From Ktedonobacterales bacterium (lineage in GTDB: Bacteria > Chloroflexota > Ktedonobacteria > Ktedonobacterales > JADMIN01), in the NCBI GenBank assembly GCA_030167145.1, contig CP126532.1, positions 2,790,001 through 2,822,000 on the forward strand: DNA of 32,000 nucleotides, given 5' to 3'. The notes below the pieces were generated by a model. The model was not told the origin of the DNA, ran no database searches, and was given only the letters and a program-made list of their open reading frames with translations. Both the position numbers and the translations under genes were made by a program. Of the stretch, positions 23,377-31,217 are shown one piece after another; the stretch's first letter is position 1, and every line of letters starts with the position of its first letter.

Positions 23377-24246
23377 ATGCGAGCAGTCTCATCCCAGAAA
23401 GGATATCGCCTCGTGGCTTCGGAACCTCTACTACCCTATCCGGTCAAAGAAGTGGCGCGTGTGATGTTGGGTACGGGCGATGTGCCCGCGCTGCTGGTGC
23501 GCCCGGACGTGCCTGGTCCGCATGCGGCCGCTGTCCTTCAGCATGGCTACGCTTCGGAGAAGTCGGCGCTGCTGCCCTTCGCGCAGCAGCTTGCCGCGCT
23601 GGGCTTTGTGGTGTTGCTGGCGGACGCCTGGGGGCACGGTGAACGCTTTCCGACGAGCGGGCCAAATTGGATGACCGATATGCACGCCGATTACGCGATG
23701 GAGGTGGTGCGCCATACGGTGGAGGATGTGCGTGAGGGCATCAATACGCTGATCGAGCAGCCAGATGTGCGCGAGGATGCGGTGCTGGTGGGCGGATTCT
23801 CGCTGGGCGCTATCGTGGCGCTGATTGCGGGCACGGAGGATGCGCGGGCCGCTGCTGTCGTTTCGTTGGCTGGGTCATCGCTGCCGGATCTGCTGGGCGT
23901 CAAGCATTTCAATAGCCGTCCGCCCAGCGCGGATACGGAACGTTATGGCCTGGAGCACGACGCCGCCGCGCATCTGGCGCAGTTCGCGCCGAAGCCGCTG
24001 CTGCTCTCGCATGGGCGCAACGATGATCTGGTGCCGGTTGGCGGCACGCTGCGGCTGTATGAGACGGCGCAACCGCTCTACGCCGAGCATCCTGACCGGC
24101 TGGCGCTGAATCTGTACGAACATCGCCATGACATCAGCGAGCAGCAGATCATGGACTGCATCACGTGGGTGACGCACGTCGTTCCGCTGGCCACACGCGA
24201 GGAATGGCTAGCGCGGATGGACGGACCCGAACGGATGATCGGGTAG
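23377..24246 (+). CDS. Alpha/beta hydrolase (dienelactone hydrolase / S9-like, 289 aa)
   Basis: Nucleophile elbow GGFSLGAIVAL (G-x-S-x-G), acid HGRNDDLVP and a His near YEHRHDI. AAGGTGG RBS 9 nt upstream of the ATG at 23377; the start is uncertain. Confidence 0.75.
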   Translation: MRAVSSQKGYRLVASEPLLPYPVKEVARVMLGTGDVPALLVRPDVPGPHAAAVLQHGYASEKSALLPFAQQLAALGFVVLLADAWGHGERFPTSGPNWMTDMHADYAMEVVRHTVEDVREGINTLIEQPDVREDAVLVGGFSLGAIVALIAGTEDARAAAVVSLAGSSLPDLLGVKHFNSRPPSADTERYGLEHDAAAHLAQFAPKPLLLSHGRNDDLVPVGGTLRLYETAQPLYAEHPDRLALNLYEHRHDISEQQIMDCITWVTHVVPLATREEWLARMDGPERMIG

Positions 24247-24345
24247 TGCGGGATCCCATAGATGGGCGTGGACAGACACGAACGGATGATCGGCTAGCCA
24301 GGGGTCCCATAGATGGGCGCGGACAGACACGAATGTCTGTCCTAC
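24219..24345 (+). repeat. 51-bp tandem repeat (~2.5 copies) spanning the hydrolase stop codon and ending in a REP-like hairpin
   Basis: Copies start at 24219, 24270 and 24321 (period 51). Copies 1 and 2 are ~84% identical. Copy 3 diverges after 13 nt into GGACAGACA-CGAA-TGTCTGTCC-TAC (24321-24345). Confidence 0.85.
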
Positions 24346-24380
24346 CGCTGTATCCGGTGCGTCTACCTGGGCAGAGTGGG

Positions 24381-24398
24381 GGGCAGGAATGCCTGCCC
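24381..24398. repeat. Perfect 7-bp-stem palindrome GGGCAGGAATGCCTGCCC at the 3' end of the zinc-ribbon gene
   Basis: Read directly. Differs by one base from the element at 22443-22460. Lacks the TAC tail. Confidence 0.6.
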
Positions 24399-24404
24399 TG
24401 ATGG

Positions 24405-24665
24405 CTACTGTTGGCCGGGGATCACCGGCGCCTGCGCTTGCGCCAGCACGGCATCGGCTTGTTTGTTGTTTACCTTCTCCTGGAAGCCGCATTTCTGGCA
24501 GCGGGCGGTGGTGCTGGTGCTGAAGGGGAAGATGGGGATAAAGAAGAGCGTGAACCAGTATTTCGACCGCACGATGCCGTGATAGGTCGGCTGGTGGCAA
24601 CCTGGACAGACATACTGCATCTGCCCCAATGCCGCGTTGCGTCGTCGTGTGCCCCAAATAATCAT
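24405..24665 (-). CDS. Small zinc-ribbon membrane-associated protein (86 aa)
   Basis: Two CxxC pairs (CPGC ... CQKC) flanking a hydrophobic WFTLFFIPIFPF segment. ATG at 24665 chosen over the GTG at 24686, which has no RBS. Confidence 0.6.
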   Translation of the reverse strand: MIIWGTRRRNAALGQMQYVCPGCHQPTYHGIVRSKYWFTLFFIPIFPFSTSTTARCQKCGFQEKVNNKQADAVLAQAQAPVIPGQQ

Positions 24666-24875
24666 GGAACGATACACTCCCTCCACTGGAGGATAGGGCG
24701 CAGTGCGGCGCTGGCCGCTGTGGCGCCGGTTCGGTATCCGTACCGCGCCCGTCCGTGAGGATACCTACGCGGCATGGGCGCTTGCCGTGGAGCGAGTGTA
24801 GCGCCGTGATGATTTCTTGTCAAGCGGCATTTCTGATTTGGCTGGAAGCCGTAGAGAATAGCCTTTGGGCAGCGT

Positions 24876-25280
24876 CTATGCGGTGAGGATGAGGTAGATC
24901 GCCAGCACGAGTCCGGTGAGCAGCAGCAGACCGCCAAGGGCCAGCCCCAGCCCTGGCGACCAGCGGAAGGCGCGATTTTGGATGGCTTCGCCGACGCGCA
25001 AGTAGCGGACTGTTCCCAGCACCAGGAGCGCAGTTCCGAGGAGCACCAGCACGACGCCGAAGACGGTGGAGGTTCCGGTGGGCAGGCGTTGCGGCTGGCC
25101 CGGCCCCAGCTCGCGGATCAGCAGGCCGAAGCGGGCGACGACGAATCCCAGGGCCATGATGGCGACGGCGGTGCGCGACCAGGCGAGGAGGGTGCGCTCA
25201 TTGGCGAGGTGATCGCGGACGTTGGTATCGCTGGCTGGTGGTGTTGTGTCTTGTGGTTGTGGCGGGGTGTCGTCATTCAC
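24876..25280 (-). CDS. DUF202 (YidH-like) membrane protein (134 aa)
   Basis: Signature LANERTLLAWSRTAVAIMALG followed by two more TM helices. GTG start with GAGGAA 9 nt upstream. Confidence 0.7.
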   Translation of the reverse strand: MNDDTPPQPQDTTPPASDTNVRDHLANERTLLAWSRTAVAIMALGFVVARFGLLIRELGPGQPQRLPTGTSTVFGVVLVLLGTALLVLGTVRYLRVGEAIQNRAFRWSPGLGLALGGLLLLTGLVLAIYLILTA

Positions 25281-25332
25281 GTGGCCGTGTTCCTCATGCT
25301 GTTTGAGCGACGCTGGGCGCCCGTTTGGGTTG

Positions 25333-26319
25333 TCATATGCGCGGGTTGGGGCGCACGATGCAGCGGAAGCCGATGTGGCAGGTGGCGGTATCGGCCATTT
25401 CGGGCGAGCGCGCGGCGGGTCGGTAGCGCAGGCAGTAGTTGGGCGCGCAGAGGTATGAGCCGCCTTTGAGCACTTTGCGCGGGATGTGGATCTGTGGCTG
25501 GGCGGGGTCGTAGCTCTGCTCTATCGCGCCGCCGCGTGGGTTGTGGGGGATACAGCAGGGTTTGGCTGCATCGTCGGGGTGGCGCGGCGCATACCAGTCG
25601 CTGGTCCATTCCCAGACGTTGCCTGCCATGTCGAAGAGGCCGTAGCCATTGGGCGGGAACGCGCCGATGGGCATCGTGCTGGGATGGCGGCCCTGGCGCA
25701 TATTCTGCCAGGGGAACTCGCCGTGCCAGGTGTTGGCCATGATCTGGCCAGACGGCATGAAGTCGTCGCCCCAGGTGTAGGTGGCGCCGTCGAGGCCGCC
25801 ACGCGCGGCAAACTCCCACTCGGCTTCGGTGGGGAGCGCCTTGCCCGCCCAGGTGGCGTAGGCTTCGGCGTCGGCGTAGGCGACATGGGTGACGGGATGC
25901 TGCTCACGCTCGGTGAGGTCGCTCTCTGGCCCGCAGGGATGCCGCCAGTTCGCGCCAGGGACGTAGGCCCACCATTGCAGGGGATAGCGCAGGTCTACGC
26001 GCCGGGATGGCTGCTGGAAGACAAGTGAGCCAGGGACGAGCAGCGCGGGGTCGGCGCCGGGGTAGTCGGCGGGGTTCGGGGGGCGCTCGGCGATGGTGAC
26101 GTAGCCTGTCGCGTCTATGAAACGCTGGAACTGCTGATGGGTGACGGTGTGCTGATCCATCCAGAAGCCATCTACGGTGACGCTGTGGACGGGAGCTTCT
26201 TCAGGGTAGAAGCGGGCCGATCCCATGGCGAACGTACCGCCGGGAATCCAGACCATAGCGGGATGTGGCGGCGGGTCGGGCAGGGGAGCCGACACCGTTG
26301 ATGTCGCGTCTGCGCGCAT
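25333..26319 (-). CDS. Formylglycine-generating enzyme (FGE/SUMF1 family, 328 aa)
   Basis: ORF 25333..26682(-) trimmed to the ATG at 26319 (GGAGGA RBS). MVWIPGGTFAMGS, WEWTSDWY and the active-site pair in KGGSYLCAPNYCLRYRPAAR. No signal peptide. Confidence 0.9.
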   Translation of the reverse strand: MRADATSTVSAPLPDPPPHPAMVWIPGGTFAMGSARFYPEEAPVHSVTVDGFWMDQHTVTHQQFQRFIDATGYVTIAERPPNPADYPGADPALLVPGSLVFQQPSRRVDLRYPLQWWAYVPGANWRHPCGPESDLTEREQHPVTHVAYADAEAYATWAGKALPTEAEWEFAARGGLDGATYTWGDDFMPSGQIMANTWHGEFPWQNMRQGRHPSTMPIGAFPPNGYGLFDMAGNVWEWTSDWYAPRHPDDAAKPCCIPHNPRGGAIEQSYDPAQPQIHIPRKVLKGGSYLCAPNYCLRYRPAARSPEMADTATCHIGFRCIVRPNPRI

Positions 26320-26348
26320 GGTTGTTTCCTCCACATAGTCACACATGC

Positions 26349-26753
26349 TCAAAGGCGTAGCGCTCGAAACACCAGTATGCCCGCCAGAACTGCCAGCGCC
26401 AGCCAGATAGCGAGTATGCCTATCGCCACCATGATGCGCGCAGTGGTCGGTACGCCCGTTCCATCGTTGAGCGCCGTTGCCGCACGCTCGCGGCACTCCT
26501 CGATCACGGTTCGCGGCGTCAGCTTGCGCGCCAGCGCCAAACCAAGGGATACGGCGGCGAAGTCGTCCAGCCATCCAATTACCGGAATGAAGGAAGGGAT
26601 AAGCTGCACCGGGCTGAAGACATAGCCGACGCCGCAGGCCGCGATGAGCTTGGCATACCAGGGTGTGCGACGGTCGCGACACACCAAGACCGCGATGTAG
26701 ACATCATGTTTCAATTGTTTCAGACGCCGTGTACCCTGCTGTGCTGAGTTCAC
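26349..26753 (-). CDS. DUF1232 (YkvA-like) membrane protein (134 aa)
   Basis: Core TPWYAKLIAACGVGYVFSPVQLIPSFIPVIGWLDD. GTG at 26753 follows GAGAGGGAG; the ATG at 26840 has no RBS. Confidence 0.65.
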   Translation of the reverse strand: MNSAQQGTRRLKQLKHDVYIAVLVCRDRRTPWYAKLIAACGVGYVFSPVQLIPSFIPVIGWLDDFAAVSLGLALARKLTPRTVIEECRERAATALNDGTGVPTTARIMVAIGILAIWLALAVLAGILVFRALRL

Positions 26754-26900
26754 ATGCTCCCTCTCAGGTCGTACCTGTGGATGTCTACCGGGAGAGGCGA
26801 TGCGCGACGGTTTCACCAATGCAAAGCGACCGCCGCGCATACACGCATCAATTCGCGACGCACTACGGGATGGAAAGGCGCATACGACTCTTGCACACGA

Positions 26901-29228
26901 CTATTCGCGTGAGAGCATGCTCTGCGCTTCGAGTTCCTGGTTGATGATGTGTTCGCCGCTGATATCCACGGTGATACGCTTGATCGTGCCGCCGACGAAG
27001 GCGAAGGGCGATGTGTAGGCTTTGCTCACCGGGTCGCCGGTGTCGCGCCCGACGGCCAGACCTTCGCCGTCCAGTGCGAAGAAACCCGGTTGGGTCCGCA
27101 TCTTGCCCTGGCCGACGAGTTTGTCGTTGATGAAGAGGCTGAGCACGCCGTTGGCGACGAACTTTGGCTCCTCGTGGGTCTTGGTGAACTCGGCGCGCAG
27201 CTTCGCATCTCCGGCTGGCAACGTGACGTCAGAGGTGAACGTCTGCTCTTCCATGCCCAGGAAGTTGTAGACGTAGTGCAGCCTGCCCTCCTTGATGAAG
27301 AGGGTGTGGCCGCCGAAGCGTGAGCCTTGGGCGAGGAGGACACCCGCTGCTTCGGGGGTGTGGAGTGTCACCTCGGCGGTGATGCTGTAGGACTTGTTGC
27401 GAATGTTCGGAGCTACTGCTTCGGGGGTTTCAGTGGTGTTGGGATAGTAGGTGTAGCTGGTGCGCGGTTTCGTGGGTTGTGGGCGTGGAATGGTGAGCAG
27501 TTCGAGGGCGGTGCGGTCGTCGAGCGGGAGCGCCTGGTTGCGTCCGGCCTCGGAGAACCAGAGGGCCACCAACTCCAACAGTTTGTCGCGGTGTTGGGCG
27601 GCGAGATCATGCACTTCAGAGCGATCCTGTTCGATGTGGTACAGCTCCCAGGGGTCTTGCATGAAGTTACCCTTGCCGGTGAGCGCGCCGTGGCGGGCGA
27701 CGGCCTTCCAGCCTTGGTGGTAGATAGCGCGGGTGCCGAGCATCGAGTAGAATTGGGTGTCGCGCCTGGTCTTTGCCTGGGCATCGGCGATGGTGTAGCG
27801 CATGCTAACGCCTTGAATGGGGGTTTGGCTATAGCCTTTGATGGCCGCTGGCGCTTCGACGCCGCAGCAATCGAGGATGGTGGGCACGATGTCAATCGCG
27901 TGGTGATACTGGTCGCGTATCTGCCCGGCTACGCGCTGGGTCTCCTTGGGCCAGGCGATGATAAAGGGATCGGCGACGCCGCCTTCGAGGGTGAAGCGCT
28001 TGAACATCTTATAGGGGGCGTTGAAGGCCCAGGCCCAGCCGGTGGGGTAGTGGTTGTAGGTGTTGGGAGTGCCCAACTCGTCGAGTTTGGAGAGGTTCTC
28101 TTGCAGATCGTCGGGCCAGTTGTTGAAGAACTTGTTTTCGTTGACGGTGCCAGTGGGGCCACCTTCGCCGCTGGCGCCGTTGTCGGAGACGACGACGATC
28201 ATGGTGTTGTCGAGCTGGCCGGAGGCTTCTAGATAGTCTATCAGGCGGCCAAGCTCGTGGTCGGTGTAGCTGGAGAAGCCTGCGTAGACTTCGGCCATGC
28301 GGCAGAAGAGCTGCTTTTGTCCGTCGGAGAGGGAATCCCACGGCAACACCTGATCAATCGGGGCGATGACTTCGGGCGTGGGCCAGGGGTTAATCGGCGA
28401 GGCTTCGGTGGTGGGAGGGACGAGGCCCATGCGTTTCATGTTCTCGGTGACGATCTCACGATAGCGTTCGTAGCCCATGTCGAATTTGCCCTTGTATTTG
28501 TCGGACCACTCCTTGGGGGCGTGGTGCGGGGCATGGTTGGCGCCGAACGCGAGGTACATGCACCAGGGTTTCTCTGGGGCGATCTGTACGCCATCCTGGA
28601 TGTATTGGATGGCTTTGTCTACCAGATCTTTGGAGAGGTGATAGCCTTGCTCTGGGGAGTAGGGTGGTTTGGTGTAGTGGTTGTCCGAAATCAGGTCAGG
28701 GTACCACTGGTTGGTCTCGCCGCCAAGGAAGCCGTAGAAACGCTCGAAGCCCCGATTAATCGGCCAGGTGCGCCGGGAACTGGACATGTTGGATTCAGTG
28801 GTGGGGGTGAGGTGCCACTTGCCGACGCCGTAGGTGCTGTAGCCGTTCTCGACGAGCATTTCGGGGAGCATGCCGTTCTCGGGCGGGATGACGGCGCTCA
28901 AGCTTGGGAAGCCGTTGGCGCCCTCGGTGACACAGGCCATGCCATTCATGGTGTGGTTGCGGCCGGTCATCAGACAGGAGCGCGTGGGCGAGCATAGGGC
29001 GGTGGTGTGGAACTGGCTGTAGCGCAGGCCTAAGTTGGCGATGCGGGTGGTGGTGGGCATCTCGATCAGGCCGCCAAACGTATCCCATGCGGCGATACCG
29101 GTGTCGTCCCAGACGATGTAGAGGACGTTGGGCGCGCCCTCGCGCGCCTGGGGTGGCAGGAAGGGCTGCCAGTCCGCTTGTGAGTCGCGGACATCAATGT
29201 TGACGGTGCCTTTGAAATCCTTGGCCAT
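26901..29228 (-). CDS. Type I arylsulfatase (AtsA-like, 775 aa), FGly-dependent
   Basis: ORF trimmed to the ATG at 29228 (AAGGAGA RBS). NVLYIVWDDTG metal site and sulfatase signature CSPTRSCLMTGR (C-x-P-x-R). Long C-terminal domain as in ~780-aa actinobacterial AtsA. No signal peptide. Confidence 0.9.
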   Translation of the reverse strand: MAKDFKGTVNIDVRDSQADWQPFLPPQAREGAPNVLYIVWDDTGIAAWDTFGGLIEMPTTTRIANLGLRYSQFHTTALCSPTRSCLMTGRNHTMNGMACVTEGANGFPSLSAVIPPENGMLPEMLVENGYSTYGVGKWHLTPTTESNMSSSRRTWPINRGFERFYGFLGGETNQWYPDLISDNHYTKPPYSPEQGYHLSKDLVDKAIQYIQDGVQIAPEKPWCMYLAFGANHAPHHAPKEWSDKYKGKFDMGYERYREIVTENMKRMGLVPPTTEASPINPWPTPEVIAPIDQVLPWDSLSDGQKQLFCRMAEVYAGFSSYTDHELGRLIDYLEASGQLDNTMIVVVSDNGASGEGGPTGTVNENKFFNNWPDDLQENLSKLDELGTPNTYNHYPTGWAWAFNAPYKMFKRFTLEGGVADPFIIAWPKETQRVAGQIRDQYHHAIDIVPTILDCCGVEAPAAIKGYSQTPIQGVSMRYTIADAQAKTRRDTQFYSMLGTRAIYHQGWKAVARHGALTGKGNFMQDPWELYHIEQDRSEVHDLAAQHRDKLLELVALWFSEAGRNQALPLDDRTALELLTIPRPQPTKPRTSYTYYPNTTETPEAVAPNIRNKSYSITAEVTLHTPEAAGVLLAQGSRFGGHTLFIKEGRLHYVYNFLGMEEQTFTSDVTLPAGDAKLRAEFTKTHEEPKFVANGVLSLFINDKLVGQGKMRTQPGFFALDGEGLAVGRDTGDPVSKAYTSPFAFVGGTIKRITVDISGEHIINQELEAQSMLSRE

Positions 29229-29502
29229 GTGTTGTGGGTCTCCTTGGGGGGTGTGATGTGTTGTGGCATGGTGACGCGCGGATCGCACGTGCTGGTTTAA
29301 CGCGCAGGTCTTACGCGGTGGATGTCATGCCCTTCCTCCTTACTTGGAACATTGGGCTGGCTGCCGACATTGCTGGTAGCGACGACATAGACCATAGCCA
29401 TACTGCGGTGGATGGCCCGCTCTGGCAAGGCTGGCGCGCTCCACCGCCAAGCAGTGTGCGGCAGAGCGCGCCATACGTCCACTCGCGGGATGCGCCTCCA
29501 TC

Positions 29503-29931
29503 TTACATTTCGGGGGCGCCGGTTGCGCGCGAGGAGCCGGAGAAGTAGTCGGCGCTGGCGGTGAGGCCGTAGATGATGAGGATGTCTACGGCGATGACGA
29601 CGAGGGCGAGGATGGGCGCCGCTGGGAGGTAGAAGAACCAGCGAATGGCGCTTAGCCCGGCGAGCACGATGGCGACGATGAAGCCGAATGCACCGCCGCG
29701 CAGCAGGTCATAGCCAGCGTAGAAGAGGAGCACCGCGAAGATCAAGTCAACGATGCCCCAGATCCAGAGGTTGCCGCTGAAGTTGCCATAGACGGTTCCA
29801 GAGAACCAGATGGCATTGACAAACTCGGAGATGGCGAAGACCAACTCGAAGCCGGCGCCGATGAACAACATGATGGCGGCGAACGTCACCAGGCCGGGAC
29901 GCCGCGTGAGCATTTGATTCGCTTGAGACAT
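29503..29931 (-). CDS. Hypothetical 4-TM membrane protein (142 aa)
   Basis: Strong RBS AGGAGGAA 5 nt upstream of the ATG at 29931. Four hydrophobic helices. No confident family. Confidence 0.6.
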   Translation of the reverse strand: MSQANQMLTRRPGLVTFAAIMLFIGAGFELVFAISEFVNAIWFSGTVYGNFSGNLWIWGIVDLIFAVLLFYAGYDLLRGGAFGFIVAIVLAGLSAIRWFFYLPAAPILALVVIAVDILIIYGLTASADYFSGSSRATGAPEM

Positions 29932-29958
29932 GGTAATTCCTCCTGTAGCTTCTCAGAG

Positions 29959-30273
29959 TTACGCAGTGGCGCGGTAGCCGCGTGACATGCGGTCGCGATT
30001 GCTGTAGGCGCTGCTGGTGTAGGAGCCAATGTCGAGCAGCAGCCCGAGGCCCACCCAGAACCAGCCCCATCCGGTGACGCCGAAGGGGGCCGACCAGACG
30101 AGGACGTACATCAGGGTGGTGAACGGTAGGAAGATGATGCCAAGCAGTGGCACGATGAAAACGCTTTGGAAGGCGCGGCTCACCAGTGGCGTGAAGATCC
30201 AGGTGAACAGCAAGACGAGGCGTGGGAAGGTGGCTGCTCCGAGCGCGAAGAGGCACCCACAACCGAGTGGCAT
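29959..30273 (-). CDS. Hypothetical small membrane protein (104 aa)
   Basis: RBS AGGAGGGAAA upstream of the ATG at 30273. Three hydrophobic segments. Its stop lies 27 nt upstream of the next gene's start. Confidence 0.55.
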   Translation of the reverse strand: MPLGCGCLFALGAATFPRLVLLFTWIFTPLVSRAFQSVFIVPLLGIIFLPFTTLMYVLVWSAPFGVTGWGWFWVGLGLLLDIGSYTSSAYSNRDRMSRGYRATA

Positions 30274-30439
30274 AGTTGTTTCCCTCCTGAACTCCCATCA
30301 TCCTGTGGTTACGAGACCGCTGTGTGGAACAGCCGCATGCGGTTTGGGGCCGGGATGAGCGCTGACTCTAGCTCCCAATGGGGAGGGAATGGAGCAGAGC
30401 TATCCCGGCGTTACTGCTGTGCGCGCCCACCTGTGTGCG

Positions 30440-30979
30440 CTAGTGCTGGACTGTAGGCCCAGTGGACGGCTCTTCTGAGGTGAGGTCGGCGAGCACCTCG
30501 CTGTACGCGGCCAGCGATTCTGGCTGGACGAGACCCTGGGCAAGCACGACGCCGCCCGCGCTCATGAGGGCGTCTTTCAGGGCGACGGCCCAGTGATGCT
30601 CGAAGAGCACCATGAGAACGGTCTTGCCGGCGGGAATGTCGCGTGCGATGTCCTGGATGTCGGTGTCGGAGAGGCCGAAGTTTTGGTCGGCGAAGGCTTC
30701 GGCGCCCATCTCGGCGCCAAGTTCTGCGCCTTCTTCGCCCCCGGCGCTCATGCCGAGCAAACCGCCGACAACCGCGCCATAGGCCATGCGCTCGTCTTCG
30801 GAGAGATCGGAGGCGCCGAGCGAGATGACGGTGCCATCGGGTTCTCTGCGGATGGCGAGGGCGTCGAGCACGCGGATGATGCCCTCATCGCTGACGTTGC
30901 GTAACTCGGCGGCGACCTGGCCGCGCTGCTTGTCGTTGTCGAGGCCGATCATGACGAACTGTACGGGTCCGAGGGTCAT
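30440..30979 (-). CDS. Hypothetical soluble protein, DUF1269/DUF6325-like (179 aa)
   Basis: RBS AAGGAGAC upstream of the ATG at 30979. N-terminal MTLGPVQFVMIGL ... IIRVLDALAIRREPDGTV and a second similar half (VLMVLFEHHWAVALKDAL), joined by a Gly/Ala/Glu-rich linker. Family assignment is from memory only. Confidence 0.55.
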   Translation of the reverse strand: MTLGPVQFVMIGLDNDKQRGQVAAELRNVSDEGIIRVLDALAIRREPDGTVISLGASDLSEDERMAYGAVVGGLLGMSAGGEEGAELGAEMGAEAFADQNFGLSDTDIQDIARDIPAGKTVLMVLFEHHWAVALKDALMSAGGVVLAQGLVQPESLAAYSEVLADLTSEEPSTGPTVQH

Positions 30980-31135
30980 GCTGTGTCTCCTTGTTCCTTA
31001 GCTGTTCCACAGTTGTTTCACAGTCGCGGCGGCCTACCGCTTAGACCGCTTTCCTTGTGTATTGCACGTTCCATGCCCCGTTTGGTTGCAGGGGTGTCTG
31101 CTGGACGCCGGTACGCCGTTTGGCGGAGGGCGGGC

Positions 31136-31200
31136 GCCGGATGCCGGTACGAACAGAGAGCGGCGTATCCGGCGGCAGGGCGTCCACCGGACGCCCCTAC
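31136..31200 (+). repeat. Cluster of two REP-like hairpins between two minus-strand genes
   Basis: GCCGGATGCCG ... CGGCGTATCCGGC (31136-31173) and GGGCGTCCACCGGACGCCCCTAC (31178-31200, identical to 17080-17102). Confidence 0.75.
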
Positions 31201-31217
31201 ACACAGGGAGCGGACGG

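Noticed and set aside
24165-24401. 78-aa ORF with repeated DGR(T/G)QTRTDDR peptide
   Set aside because: The peptide repeat is the translation of the 51-bp DNA tandem repeat and REP-like hairpins downstream of the hydrolase stop. No RBS.
31136-31173. E. coli contamination suggested by the REP-like arm sequence
   Set aside because: Only the short arms are similar. The flanking genes and composition match the rest of this high-GC window.
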